DNA from: Camelus dromedarius
Taxonomy: Eukaryota
Length of the DNA: 64,000 nt
Reading direction: 5' to 3'
NCBI RefSeq assembly: GCF_036321535.1
Contig: NC_087438.1
Span: 7,876,001-7,940,000, forward strand
Under the pieces are notes generated by a model that did not search any database, had not been told where the DNA came from, and saw only the letters and a list, made by a program, of their open reading frames with translations. Within the stretch, counting starts at the first letter, position 1. The number at the start of each line of letters is the position of its first letter. Below are positions 13,124-25,945 of this stretch, piece after piece. Made by a program: the position numbers and the translations under genes.

Positions 13124-16100
13124 AGGGCACACTTTGTAGATCAAGTGTAACTTACTGTTTTCTTTTACCAGATAAACAAGGAAGGTCCTAAGTCACACGC
13201 TTATGTTTTAGCCTGATTTTATGGAATATGGTAGCGGTGGTTACGACACATTGGAAAAGATTTATAACATGCAACGGTGGCATTTTTATATAAATTAGGT
13301 GACTTTCAAGAGTAAAAAGATAGGCAGACACTGGGAGGAAATGTCTAACGGTGGTTTATCTCGGGGGGGGCGGGGACTGTGGGTGACTGTTAATCATTAT
13401 GTTATGTTTTCGGTTATTTGGAGTAGTCAGCAATGAACACGTGTTGCTTGTAAAATTAGCAAGAAAACAATAAATTTCTTTAACAGTGAAAAAAGAGATT
13501 AAAGCTATAAATGAATAGACCAGATCAAGGTATGTAAATGTTATATAAACTCACTATATAATCTTCTTGTACAAATTCATTGTCTCATTTTTTATGTAAA
13601 ACATAAATTTAGTACATAAAAATGACTAGAGGAATAATTGCTGTGATTTTATTTTCTGCTTTAAGAAGCGCCAAAGAACCGAATTCTTTGTAAATATTGT
13701 GATAGAAAAAAAAAGTTCTTTGCAAAGATAGAAGCCCAGTTCTGTTTTCTACATTGAGATGATCTGCCTATTAAGCTACATTTTAAGGATTATATTCAAA
13801 TCATTTCTGCAGTTCCAGGGGACTTTGGCTGGCTCTACTGCATTATCCACAACTTAGCATGGTTATGTGTGTCCGATATCCTCTTGGTTTTCTGAATTTG
13901 ATTTATTAAACCTCAGTTACATACGAATAATGATTGGTGCCATAAAACTTCTCCAAACAATTTGGTAAGATACTGAAACTATCATTTTAATAAGAATTGG
14001 ATGACTGGAAAGACGAAAAAGTTTCAAGATGAAAAGCAGAATGAACACGTCAATAGTTAAGGAAATCGTTCCCAGAGCCACCAATCAGTGATGGTTACAT
14101 TTAATCGAATGGAACTAAGTGCTGATATTTTACTGTTGTCTACAGGAGGCACCTTACGAACGAAGCCTGCGGGGCAGCCCAGAAATTCACAGCTCCACCC
14201 TTATTGTCACCGACCCCTTCCCACCTGCCTCCACTCTGTCCTGTACACTTGCTCCCCGACAGAGCTGATCACTGTGTTCTCTTGGTCAAAGCTTCTCCAT
14301 CGCTCCCTACTCCATACAGACAGACTCCAGTCTATTGTTCTTAGTTCTGCTTTGGAGGCCCTTCATCACCTGAAATGGCACAACTAAGCAAGCGGTATCT
14401 CCTAAAGTCTCCTAGGTTTGTTGACTGACTACAGATCCTGGAGTTCTCTCATGTGCGTCAGAGCCTGCCCACCACTCCTTCCGGCCTTAACGCCCATCCA
14501 ACGCATTGAATGGTGAAGCCCTTTCTTTGCTGAGCCCCAGTCCCACCTGGCTCTTGAAGCCTTTTGTGACCACACTGGCTGAGTTAGCCACTAGCTCTTC
14601 CCAGTCCTTCCTTCTATGCTATCCCAGTCGTAGCTTTGTATTATACTGAAATACAATGCTAGGGCCATTGTCCTGCACTGGTTTAGGAGTTTCTGAAGGC
14701 CAGGAGAGGCTGCATGTTTATTCCCGCCGCCCTGATCCTTCCCTGGCACACAGCAGGCAATTAACAAATGCTCACGGACGAAACTGCTGAAAGGCAGGGA
14801 CAGCAGGCAAAGTAAGTTCTTTAATGTAAATAAAGATCTAGGCTTTGCTGGAAAAAATTGAGAATGTAAATAAACTTACACACTGAAATCTAAATTTTCC
14901 ATCATTGTATAAACATGTACGACTCTTTGGGGGAGTTTCCAACATTGGGCCTAAGTAAATGGTAACAGGAGAAATTTTCTGAAACCGTTCACCTGCTGAG
15001 TCTTTATTTGAGAAATTAATTTAAGCCCCTTCCCAGGGTTGTTTTCTTCCTCTGTTAGTCCAACTGTTCATTAATGTGGAGTGATTCACGAACACATTCA
15101 AATAAGTGAGAAAAAACTATATTTTTTCCATAAGAAGGGCAAGAGTTTAATGGATTAAGAGGGAAGTGAAATATTCACCATATATTGATGAATCTTGCTT
15201 TGTGACATAACAAACTCAGAAAAGCGGGAAAACCCTAAACCTGATTTCATCTGGACTAAGAAAAGCTGATGAGGCTACATGAAACTCTAAATCAGATGCC
15301 CCTTTCTCCTTCCTATGATGTGGTCCATCCTGGCCAGCAGCCGAAGCAGCTCGGGTCCAGTCTCCGTGTGTGTGAACTTAGCCAGACGACCCACAAAGGG
15401 AACCTGGGAACCTACAGCGGTCTAGTTTCTTCACCTGACTTTTCATCAGATGAAGCTGAATGCTCGTGACATCAGTGCCCTACATCCTTAAGTCAAACAT
15501 CATGAATATACAACTATGTTCCTATATTACTCAGAGAGAATTTCAGTTGATGGGACTAAACAGATCTTTACTGACTATACGCCTACAATGGGCACCTCCT
15601 TCCATGATCTCCATTAGGAATGATTCTTTACCAGCCAAGGATGCCAAGAAAGGAACCACATGTAATAGTTGCAAGTAAATGAAATAGAAAAACCAGGTAA
15701 AAAGGGTCAGAAGTGTCTGTAGTTTTAGCTTTGGAAGAGTGATATTTCTTCTGGAGGGGCACGCGGTTTCTGAAGGATAATAGAATTTAAGAGGTTATAA
15801 AATGGACGTCTCAATAGGGCTTTTGGAGAACCGTAAATCTGGCTTATGGCGGAGCCTATCCAGAGAAATCGTGCCTAAAGATCATTATTTCATGACCTTG
15901 AGGAAAAGCAAAATTGTCAGAGGGTTTCTCATTCCTGCCCACGAATGCACGTCGATATTTACGGAGGCCAACTTGCTCTGTCTCCCTTTGTGCATTCACA
16001 TGCACACAAACACACATGCCCCTCTCAAGACGGGAGGCTGAGAGCGCTGTTATAAATATTCATGAGATAATTATTATTAATGTCACCGAGGTGATTCTGT

Positions 16101-16983
16101 TCCTTCTCAGTGGAGACTGGTTCCTCCACCTAGAAACTGATCAACCGTAAGAGGAACGGCAGCTTTGAGGCAGCCCAGATAAAGCAATCTCGTACGTTTT
16201 CCTTTTGATACATAGGTTATTTGAATAGGTATTTTAAATCACCCCCATTCCATCATTAAGTTAACCGGCAGAGATTTCCACCTCTGTTGGAATATGCAAC
16301 ATTCTTGGGAGCACAGTTTCCAGAGTTTGGAGACAGAAGTATACCTTGATTATTACATTCTTTTCTAAGAGGAAAAATTAAAGAAAACATCCAAAACATC
16401 TCAAGAGACTTCTGGGTGATGAGTTTTGTAAAAATGCACTGGGAGATAATTACAACACATTCGCTACTTTTATTATTTAAAAAAGACATTTCACACCATG
16501 GGCCTTATTAAAGAGCTGTTTTTGAGAATTACAGGCTCTTGCAGTCACATAGAAAAATAAGAAAAACCGAAATATAAAAATAGCTACTGGTGACAGTTAA
16601 TTTGATCTCTAGGTGTTTGTCATAGACTCTCTTCCCATCTGTGGGTCTGCCTGGTTATTCTATATGCATAATATATCATAACAAGGGAAATTACTGTGAA
16701 CTATTATTTTCCATCAAAGAAAACTCATTATTTTGGGTTGGAATAAAAATGTTTATTTTTGGCCCAAGACCTAAGCGGACGTGTTAAATAAGTCAGGACA
16801 CTGGAAGATGCATATACCTTTTCAGCACCTCATTAGAAATGATTTTTGCTAGCTTCCTGCACTCCATTGCCATATCAGTATTCATCTTTCCAGAACACTC
16901 TGGTGATTAGCAAAACAGCCATTAAAGTCACAGAAGCAGAAAGTGTGTGACGTCAGAAGGAGGCGGCAACGATGCGGGACTCA

Positions 16984-17220
<237 letters not shown>

Positions 17221-18418
17221 TCAACACCGTCTCCCCCGGTCAAGTTAACAGCACAGGCAGGAAGGACTAAGAGAGCCTCTGCACACGTCTGAGAGCGTGC
17301 TTTCCATTTCAGAACATCTGTGTGAACCCATTACAGAAGTGCTGTGAAACTCCGACAAGGAGGCAGAAGAACCGTGACACGATTATCTCTGTTCCACTGA
17401 GGAGAGTAACCAAGGTTGACAGCGCTGATTGAACTGAGGATACCAACCAGGCTTGCACCCACAATTGGCATGATACACCCAAGTACCCAAATTCTAACCA
17501 AGACCAAAGAGTTGTGAAAGCTATCTGAAATGGACTAGTAAGACATCTTTGTTTTATCCAAGTCCTCAGTATGCACCTGTGGTCTACTTATTCGCTTAGC
17601 TTCCATGTAGAACCAGCCACCATTGAGCAGGACCTTACAAGAACCCAGGATCAGCTCCGATGATAGTGAGCTCTACAAGAAACTTAAATTTACTGTCCCT
17701 TGTGACAATTCTGTTTGCTTTTCTCTGAAAACAATGCTCATGGATGACCTATCATTTGTTCCTCCTCATACAACAACACACAGAGCAGTAGAAAGTGGAA
17801 GGCATGTCAACAAATGAGAAAGAGACTTTAAAAAACTTTAGAAAAGCCTTAAATATTACACACATGTTACAGTATCATTTGAATATGCTTCTAAAATAAT
17901 TATTCTTTTTGTTGTTCAAAATAGTACACATAAATTTAAGAAAAAACAAAGAATAATATTCTCTTTTCTTATGAAAGAAAGACTATATTTCCCCCTAAGA
18001 CTAACCTAAAGAGACCTCATCATGCAGATACTGGGAATAAAAAATCATAGTTGTATTTAGAAACACAACACAACTTTCAGCTTACTTATTTAATACGCTT
18101 TCAATAAATTTTAAAATGAGATTGTGTTTCCTCCATCATGGTATGAGTAAACAGAACTCACTTATTTCTGAAATTTATTAGTTTCTTGCAATGCACCTGT
18201 TGAACTATCCAAGAGCATTAACAATAGTCTGAAAGTCAATAATATTGATTGTTACTAACTAAAATGACAGCTTAAAATCAGTTCTATAAAAATGTGACTA
18301 TAGAGACAAACTCTTCAGAATGCCTTTCAAAATAACATTTGCTGGGAATCTTATTTAGGTAAATGCAAAGGAAACAAAATGCTTTTGGTACCCAGAATGT
18401 ATAATCAATCCTTCAGTG

Positions 18419-18613
18419 TAGGGGGTTGCCTTGAGGGCAAATCCTGCTAGCCTGTTTTTGTAAATAAAGTTTTATTGGAACACAGCCCTGCCTGTTCGTT
18501 TACACTGTCTAACTCTGCTTTCGTCCTATGAGACAAAAGCTGAGATTTTGTAGCAGAGACAGCCTAAACAATGTACTATCTGGCCTTTTACAGAAAAATT
18601 TTGCCTACCTCTG
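18419..18613 (+). mobile_element. MER58A-like hAT-Charlie MITE
   Basis: gcctgtttttgtaaataaagttttattggaacacagcc..tactatctggccttttacagaaaaattttgcctacctctg. Confidence 0.88.
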
Positions 18614-19031
18614 CCTTAGCAAGTGGACCATTTCCTATGCATTTCTGTGTGCATGTTTGCATTGTCATTAGTGTCCTAAATTGAGCATACCAAAAATGCT
18701 CATTGGAACACAGAAATGTTCATCTGCTCAAAATATGTACTGACTCGGACAGATGTGAAATGGTAGGAAGACCTTCACATGCATTTATTTTGATTTAAAT
18801 AATATATGAAGCTGTTTATTCAACCCATTAAGAAATGTCTTACTGAATTCTGCATAATCAAAATAATCAAAATGAATATTTTGATTCATTTGTAGTCTCA
18901 CAACAATATTCTTTTTTTCTAGTAAAATCATTAGTTTCAGTTTTAAAAAAAAGCACATTAAAATGAAATTACTATCTACCCTTGTATTTGAGGATAACTT
19001 TTTAAAATATCACATTAAAGGGTTTGTGTCT

Positions 19032-19146
19032 GTTTTTTAAATTGAAATATAGTTGATTTACAACATTGGATTAGTTTATGGTGTACAGCAAAGTGATTCA
19101 GTTGCATTTATATATTTTTTCAGATTATTTTCCATTATAGGCTATT
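19032..19146 (-). mobile_element. Short L1 3' end
   Basis: ttttttaaattgaaatatagttgatttacaacatt..ggtgtacagcaaagtgattcagtt..ttttccattatagg. Confidence 0.85.
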
Positions 19147-19987
19147 TTGTTTTTCTAAGTGTATATGCACATATACAGACATAAAACATGAGTATTTTTC
19201 ATTCTTACATCCTGATTTGAAAATACAAATACATGAAAACTGAGGCTTTTAAATGTTTTACAATATGGATGGTATGGTTTGCTATAAAATACATTTCCAT
19301 GAAACAAATTTAAGACAATCTAAAGGCATTCTATTAGACCAATTTTTCCTGTTTTTTAACAACTAGAAAAGAGATAGGAAAGGAAAGGGGTAAAGTCAAA
19401 GAAAAGGTAAAGGACTAATCTAATATCAGAGGAAAAGAGAATGGATGAAAAGAAGATGGCATTTCAGATGACTTGTCACCGGGCTGTTCGCTCCATCACC
19501 TTTCTCACGAATCCATTAATCAGTGTAACCTAATTCCAAGTCAGGCGTGGACAGAGGTTCCCTATCCACATCCCCTCCACCTTTCCAGACTGGCTCCATC
19601 TGCACCTCACATGCCAACAAACTTATCACAGCGCTTGACCCAAATCTCTGAACTTTCTGCCCAAGATTATCTCTGCAACCTACACATGCTTCCCGGACTT
19701 CAGAGAACCACAGTGGATCTCTAGTCAGAGACAGCTTAACCACCTCTGCTTGGATGATGACTTGGCAAAGTGCATGCAACGAGGCAGGATTTCTTTGGGG
19801 GGAATTCAGCAAACCAGTGTGTTGAAGGCGGCCCTCAAAACTGTGAGCTTTGGTTAGATGATCTGGACACAGAGGCATGCTTGAGTGTAGAATGAGCAGC
19901 CTCCGGGGACACTGGGCTAAAGGCTGATGTGTCTGGCAGGAGTCAAAAGTGGGAAGCAGCTGAGAACTCTGCATCTGTCTTGCTAGA

Positions 19988-20082
19988 GACACACACACAC
20001 ATGCACTCACGCATACATACACATGCACATTCACATCCATTCACAGTCACACACATACACACTCACACACACAAACACACAC
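19988..20082. repeat. CA-rich imperfect microsatellite
   Basis: Seen directly. Confidence 0.85.
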
Positions 20083-20179
20083 CCAGTGGTCCCTGATGGA
20101 GGGAGAGAGATGAGTGGAGAAAAATGGACATATCCAAGGTTTCTTTGCGAACAAATGAGAAATACTTGTTTCGCGCACA

Positions 20180-20687
20180 TTTCTCTTCACTCCTCTTTCT
20201 TCCGCGGTGGTGTTCTGACATTCCCTGCCCATGCAGCAGTCCAGTCCTTCTCCCATGAGTGCGGCTTGGACACAGTGCCTCGATTCCGATCAACAGAATA
20301 CTGAGGAGATGACAGAGTGGCTCCTGAGACGAGGCCACAGAAAAGGCACTGGGGCTCCCTCCCAGCTCTGTCTTGGATTGTTTGTTTGACAGGGAGCCTG
20401 CCATCAAGCTGTGAGGATTCTCATGCAGTACCATGAGGAAGTCCACGTGGAAAAGAACCAAGGCCTCCAGCCAACAGCCACGGGAGCGAACGGTCCTGGC
20501 AGTGGATGCTCCAGCCCCAGTCAAGCCTTCAGATAATGCCGCCTCATCAGCATGGGACCCTGAGCCAGAACCACGCACACCTGCACTTCTGGGCTCCTGC
20601 CACTCAGATATGGTTGGGATAAATGTTTATTGTTTTAAACTGCAAAACTGAGGGTTGATTTGTTACACAGCAGCAGGAATTAACACC
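20180..20687 (+). mobile_element. MaLR solo LTR (MLT1F-like)
   Basis: gtccacgtggaaaagaaccaaggcctccagccaacagcc..ccagccccagtcaagccttcagat..ataaatgtttattgttttaa..atttgttacacagcag. Confidence 0.85.
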
Positions 20688-21000
20688 CATTCCTTTTCCT
20701 TCCAGCTCCTTTCCCTCTGTCTACTGGACTCACTTTTTCCCCTGTATAACACTTTTTTTCTAGTTACATCTCTCATTCTGAGATTCACTTGTTTTATCAC
20801 TCTCTTCAATTCCTCCATCCTTTTCTAAAGTCTATTGTGAGATTACAGAAGATATAGGAAGCGGAATCCAGCTACATTTTGTAACTAAATTTAAAATGCA
20901 TCTTAATTTGGATAACAAACGATATTTCATCTTGAAAAATGTATCCTTCTCCATATTTGCAACTTATTAAATGGCCACTGTCTTTAATGTGGAATAATCT

Positions 21001-21441
21001 TGTATTAGTTCCTGACTGCTGCTGTAACAAGTTGCTGCAAATGTAATGTTTAAAACAACACACATTTATCATTTCAGTTCTCCAGGTCTGAAGACTGAAA
21101 TGGGTCAGCAGGCAGTGCTCCTTCTGGAGACCCTCGTGGAGAATTTCCTTGTCTTTTTAAGCTTCTAAAAGCTGCCCACATCCCATGGCTTGAAGCCGGC
21201 ACTACTCCGACCTCAGCATCCATGATCACAAACTCTTCTCTGATTGATCTTCCTCCCTCTTTGTTATAAGGACACTTGACACATGGAGCCTGCTGGATAA
21301 TCCAGGATAATCTCCCCAATTTCAAGATCCTTAACCTAATCCTATCTGCAAAGTCTCTTTTATTAAGTAAGATAACATTCACAGGCTCTGGGAACTAGGA
21401 CTGTGGACATCTTCAGGGGGGCCTTTGTTCAGTCTACCACA
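21001..21441 (-). mobile_element. MaLR solo LTR (MLT1D-like)
   Basis: tgtattagttcc..gctgctgtaacaa..ggataatccaggataatctcccca..tcaagatccttaac..attcacaggctctggga..cagtctaccaca. Confidence 0.92.
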
Positions 21442-21954
21442 CATCCCTTAAAATATTCTGTTACACTTGAAACAAGACTACATTTCTGATTGTAGTTTCA
21501 AGATCAGGCCTTTCCCTGATTCTCTAAATCCATCTTGAATCAGATCCTTTGGTTCATTCATTTACTCAGTCCGTGCATATTAAGGACCTCCTGTGCGCCA
21601 GGCTCTGTTTGATCCAGTCGATACTTAGTGAACAAAACAAAAAGTCCCTGCCCTGGTGGTTCTCCCATCTCTGCAACTCATTACACTCTCACCATCATTG
21701 CCTTATTTCTTTTCCTTGAACAGCAAGATTGTTTGTAACTCACATCTCTTGGACTTACTGCTCTCTCAGTCTGGAACATTCTTCTCCAGACCTTTCCAAG
21801 GCTGATCCGTCTTTCTGCTCACATGTTGCTTAAATGTGCTGAACTCGGAGAAGCTTTCTTGGATCAGTCTAAACAACCTTCCCAGACTCTTGCTACCCGA
21901 TCTCCTACTTTAATTTTCAGCAGATAACTCATCACTAACTCGTATCTCCCATAC

Positions 21955-22820
21955 TTTTTCTTTTTCCCTCCAGTTATACTGAGATATAATTGACATATAG
22001 CCCTCTACGAATTTTAAGGTGTATGGCATAACGATTTGACTTACGCACCTCAAGACATGATTATCACGATGGGTTTAGTGAACCTCCATCATCTCATACA
22101 GATACAACATTAACAAAAGAGAAAAACATTTTTTTCCTTGTGATGAAAACTTTGAGGATTTAGTCTCTTAACCACTTTCAGATATAATGTTCAGCAGTGT
22201 TAACCTCATCACGTTGTACATAAACTCCTGGTACTTATTTATCATATACTTGGACTTCTGTACCTTTTGACTGCCTTCATCCAGTTCCTCCTTCTCCTGT
22301 CCCCCACTTCCAGTAAGCACTAATCTGATCTCTTTCCCTATGAGTTTGTTTGTTGTTTTTTTTTTAACATTTTTTATTGATTTATAATCATTTTACAATG
22401 CTATGTCAAATTCCAGTGTAGAGCACAATTTTTCAATTATACATGAACATATATACTCATTGCCACATTCTTTCTCTGTGAGCTGCCATAAGATCTTGTA
22501 TATATTTCCCTGTGCTATACAGTATAACCTTGTTTATCTGTTTTATAATTTTGAAATCCCCATCTTTTTGAAGTATAATTGACCTACAACACAATGCTAG
22601 TTCCTTTTACACAACAGAGCAATTTGATATTTTTGTACATTTCAAAATGATCACCGTAAGTCTAGCTACCAGCCACCTGTCACCATACAAAGACAGTGCA
22701 TAATTACTGACTGTGTTCCCCACACTGTACATTTCATACCTATGACTTTATTGTAACCAAAAGTTTGTATCTCTTAATCTCCCTCACCTATTTCTTTCCT
22801 CCCCTCATTCCCCTCCCATG
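21955..22820 (-). mobile_element. Older L1 3'UTR (L1MA9/laurasiatherian type) lying within L2 remnants and itself interrupted by a young L1 tail
   Basis: tactgagatataattgacata..tttccttgtgatgaaaact..ctgatctctttccctatgagtt, resuming at tttttgaagtataattgacctacaac after 22564. L2-like sequence flanks it at about 21550-21950 and 22850-22995. Confidence 0.8.
22356..22560 (-). mobile_element. 5'-truncated young L1 tail, same family as the full-length L1
   Basis: Reverse complement aligns by eye to 44892-45089 (gggatttcaaaatt...cattgtaaaatgattataaatcaataaaaaatgttaaaaaaaaa). Confidence 0.93.
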
Positions 22821-24414
22821 CTTTTTCATTACTTGGTTTTCTGTCATTTGCTCACTGCTCTCCCCCCAAACAAGGTCCCAGTGAAGAAATGAAAGCAAAG
22901 ACCCTGTGTGAGTGGTCACAGCGTATGGAACATATACAGCACACAGAATATGCTCTGATGTGCATTCAGTGCTCACCAAATGGGTGCTAAATGAATACAG
23001 GAATTAACTGGATGATGTGACCCTTAAGGATGATGTGTGCTCCAAGCAGTGACCATTTTTAAAGTATTATACTGCTAGCAAAATGAAGTAATGATCTGAC
23101 AGAATACAACAGCAGATGCAAGATGTAATGTTAAAAATAACAAATCCAAAGGAGAATACAAAAATGTTATTTACACGGGAGTATGACCTTTGACGCTACA
23201 GAAATTCTACTTTCAGTGAGTAGAGAAAAAATTTTATCACCAAAAGGCATTAATTAATCTAGTTAGAAGGTTTATTTTTAATGTGTCATTCAGGTAATTT
23301 TCTTACATTAATTCCCTGATAATTCTACATTAGCCAAGGTAATACTAAAATTTTAATCAAAAAAAAAAAAAACTGGAATAAACTGAATTCACAATGGTCT
23401 TCAGCAGCCATAACAAAGTAGCCCATTTATTCTTACCTGAAAATAACATAAAAATGTTTTAGTGTTTTGGTTGATGGTCAATAGCAAATTTTAATTTATC
23501 TGAGAAAAATATTCTAATTTCTTCCCGAATATAATCTGTAATAAAATTATTTTATAGCATCTTTCCCCTAATTATATGTATCTAATAGCTTTCCTTTATC
23601 AGGATAAAATTATTGCTGTTCCAAACATAATTTTGACAGTAGGTTTAGTTGAGAAGACATTTAAATAACTAATTATGTATACTAAATATATTTAAAATAT
23701 AGTTTATTTTTATTTCAGGCACAGGATGGCTTTTTTCCTTGGGATTATCCATATTCATGAGCAGTAATTGGTTTATTAAAATTTCTTTAATAAAATCTTA
23801 ATCACTTTCATTGGATCCTTTAGTTTGTTTTAATAGAGGGTAATTATGGGGTTTTCTTCCTAAAAGAGATAAAGACTATCTTAAAAAAAGAACTCAGATT
23901 GTTCAAAAAAAAAGTATTTTAATAATTTCTAGTGTTAAATCATGATAAAATCAAACACTGCCTGGTGGATATGCAAGAATTTCCTATGACCCCCTCATTT
24001 GTTTTTAGTTTTTAGACCTAAAACACAATCCCTGAACATGGCTCAAAACCAAAGAAAAATCGGGCTGAATTCATTTTAAATGAGTGCTTTAAATTTTCAT
24101 CTTCAATTAATCAACTAATTAAAAATTACCTTACTGTAAATATAAATATTTATTTTAAACTATTCTATCACTTATCTTTTCCTTAGAATGAAAATTTGTG
24201 CACCTGCAGAAAGTACAGAAGAAGAAGAATGGGGTAAACAAGTTTATCTTACAAAAATGTCAAGGTCCAGGCCTGGTAGGGGGTGGGAACGGGATGTGCC
24301 TGGGGGGCTGCCATCACTACCTTCTCCATCCCCACCCAGTCCCACCTTGAGTCATGGGTGGGTAAAGAGTGACTGATCAAAGTCTGGGGGCCCAAGACAC
24401 CCTGAGCTTGTACC

Positions 24415-24545
24415 GTGTGCATTTATGTGTGTGTGGATAAGCACACATGCGAGTGTGTGCATGTGTGCCTATATGCATGCGTGTACAAGTCAGAAAGTGT
24501 GCACATACATGCACAAGCATGTCTGGGTGTGTGTGCACACTGTAC
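24415..24545. repeat. Degenerate TG/CA low-complexity tract
   Basis: Seen directly. Confidence 0.7.
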
Positions 24546-24789
24546 ATATGAGTATTTAGATGCATCACATAAACACTCTCAACCTGTCCCTGAGAAGTCA
24601 TGACCCTCAAGGTGTGACTGTAGAATTAGGATTGTTTTGAGAATCCTTCCGGACAGTATATGGGAGAGCCTCAAATAGATTCAAGCATCACACTCACTTA
24701 ATGCTTTTAAAAATAAAAGCATTGATCTGATTTGATGATTTTACCAACTAGTTTAGTTGTTGCTATAATAACACATAGTTCAAAGCAAG

Positions 24790-25945
24790 AATCAACAAGT
24801 GGGACTACATCGATCTAAAAAGCTTCTGAACAACAAAAACAACAAAACAAAACGGCAACCTATGAAATGGGAGAAGATAGTTGTAAACCATAGACTGGAT
24901 AAGGGAATAACATCCACAGTATACAAGGAAATTATACAAGTCAATAACAAAAAATGAATAAACAATCCGATTAAAAAAATAAACAGAGTCGAACTGAGTA
25001 GACATTTTTCCAAAGAAGACCACCCAAATAGACAACAGGTACATAAAAAGATGCTCAGCATCACTAATCATCAGGGAAATGCAAAGTAAAATCACAGTGA
25101 ATTGCCTCATGCCCATTAGAATGGCCATCATCAAGAAGACAAGAGATAACAAGTGTTGGAGAAAAGGAAACTCTCGTGCACTGTTGGCAGGAATGGAAGT
25201 TGGTACAGCCACTATCATGAACAGTATGGAGGTTCTTCAAAAATTAAAAGCAGAACTACCGTCTAATTCAGCAGTCCCACCTCTGGGTTCACTGCCAAAG
25301 GAAATGAAAGCAAGAGACAGGAAGGATACCTGCACTTGCATGTTCGCTGCAGTGCTCCTCACAGCAGCCAAAATACAGAAACAACCTAAATTTCCATCAA
25401 CAGATCAACTGATAAGAAAGATGTGGTGCATATATAAGATAGAATATTATTCAGTCATGAGAAAGAAGGAGATCCTGCCATTTGGACGACACGAATGGAC
25501 TTTTGAGGGCACCGTGCTAAGTGAGGTAAGTCAGACACAGAAAGACAAATACTGTGTGCTGTCACTCATGTGGAATCTAAAAATACCAAACTCATAAAAA
25601 CAGAGAGTGGAATGGTGGCTATCTGGGGCTGGGGCTGGGGGACCTGGGGGGAAGTTGTTTAAGGGTACAAACTTCCAAGCAGTGGTTAAACAAGTTCTGG
25701 AGATCTGATGCACAGCACAGTGATTACAGCCAACACTGCTGTATTCTGAATTTCAAAGTTGCTAAGAGACTAGATTTTAATTGTTCTCACCACAAAAAAG
25801 ACAATAATTACGAGATGTGGTAGAGGTATTCGCTAGCACAAAGACAGTAATCAGTGCAATATATAAATGTAACAAACCTACACACTGCACACCTTAAACT
25901 TACACAATGTTACAGGCCAATTATCCTCTATAAAAATAAAAATTA
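24790..25945 (+). mobile_element. L1 (L1MA9-like) ORF2 C-terminus plus 3'UTR, 5'-truncated
   Basis: ORF 25079-25597 resembles the L1 ORF2 C-terminus ([38 protein letters not shown]); typical 3'UTR ending accttaaacttacacaatgtt..aaaaataaaa. Confidence 0.92.

Noticed and set aside
24187..24233. Plus-strand exon-like segment (strong acceptor ttatctttttccttag, donor GGG|GTAAAC)
   Set aside because: Antisense to the host gene, weak donor, no partner exons; expected by chance without transcript data.
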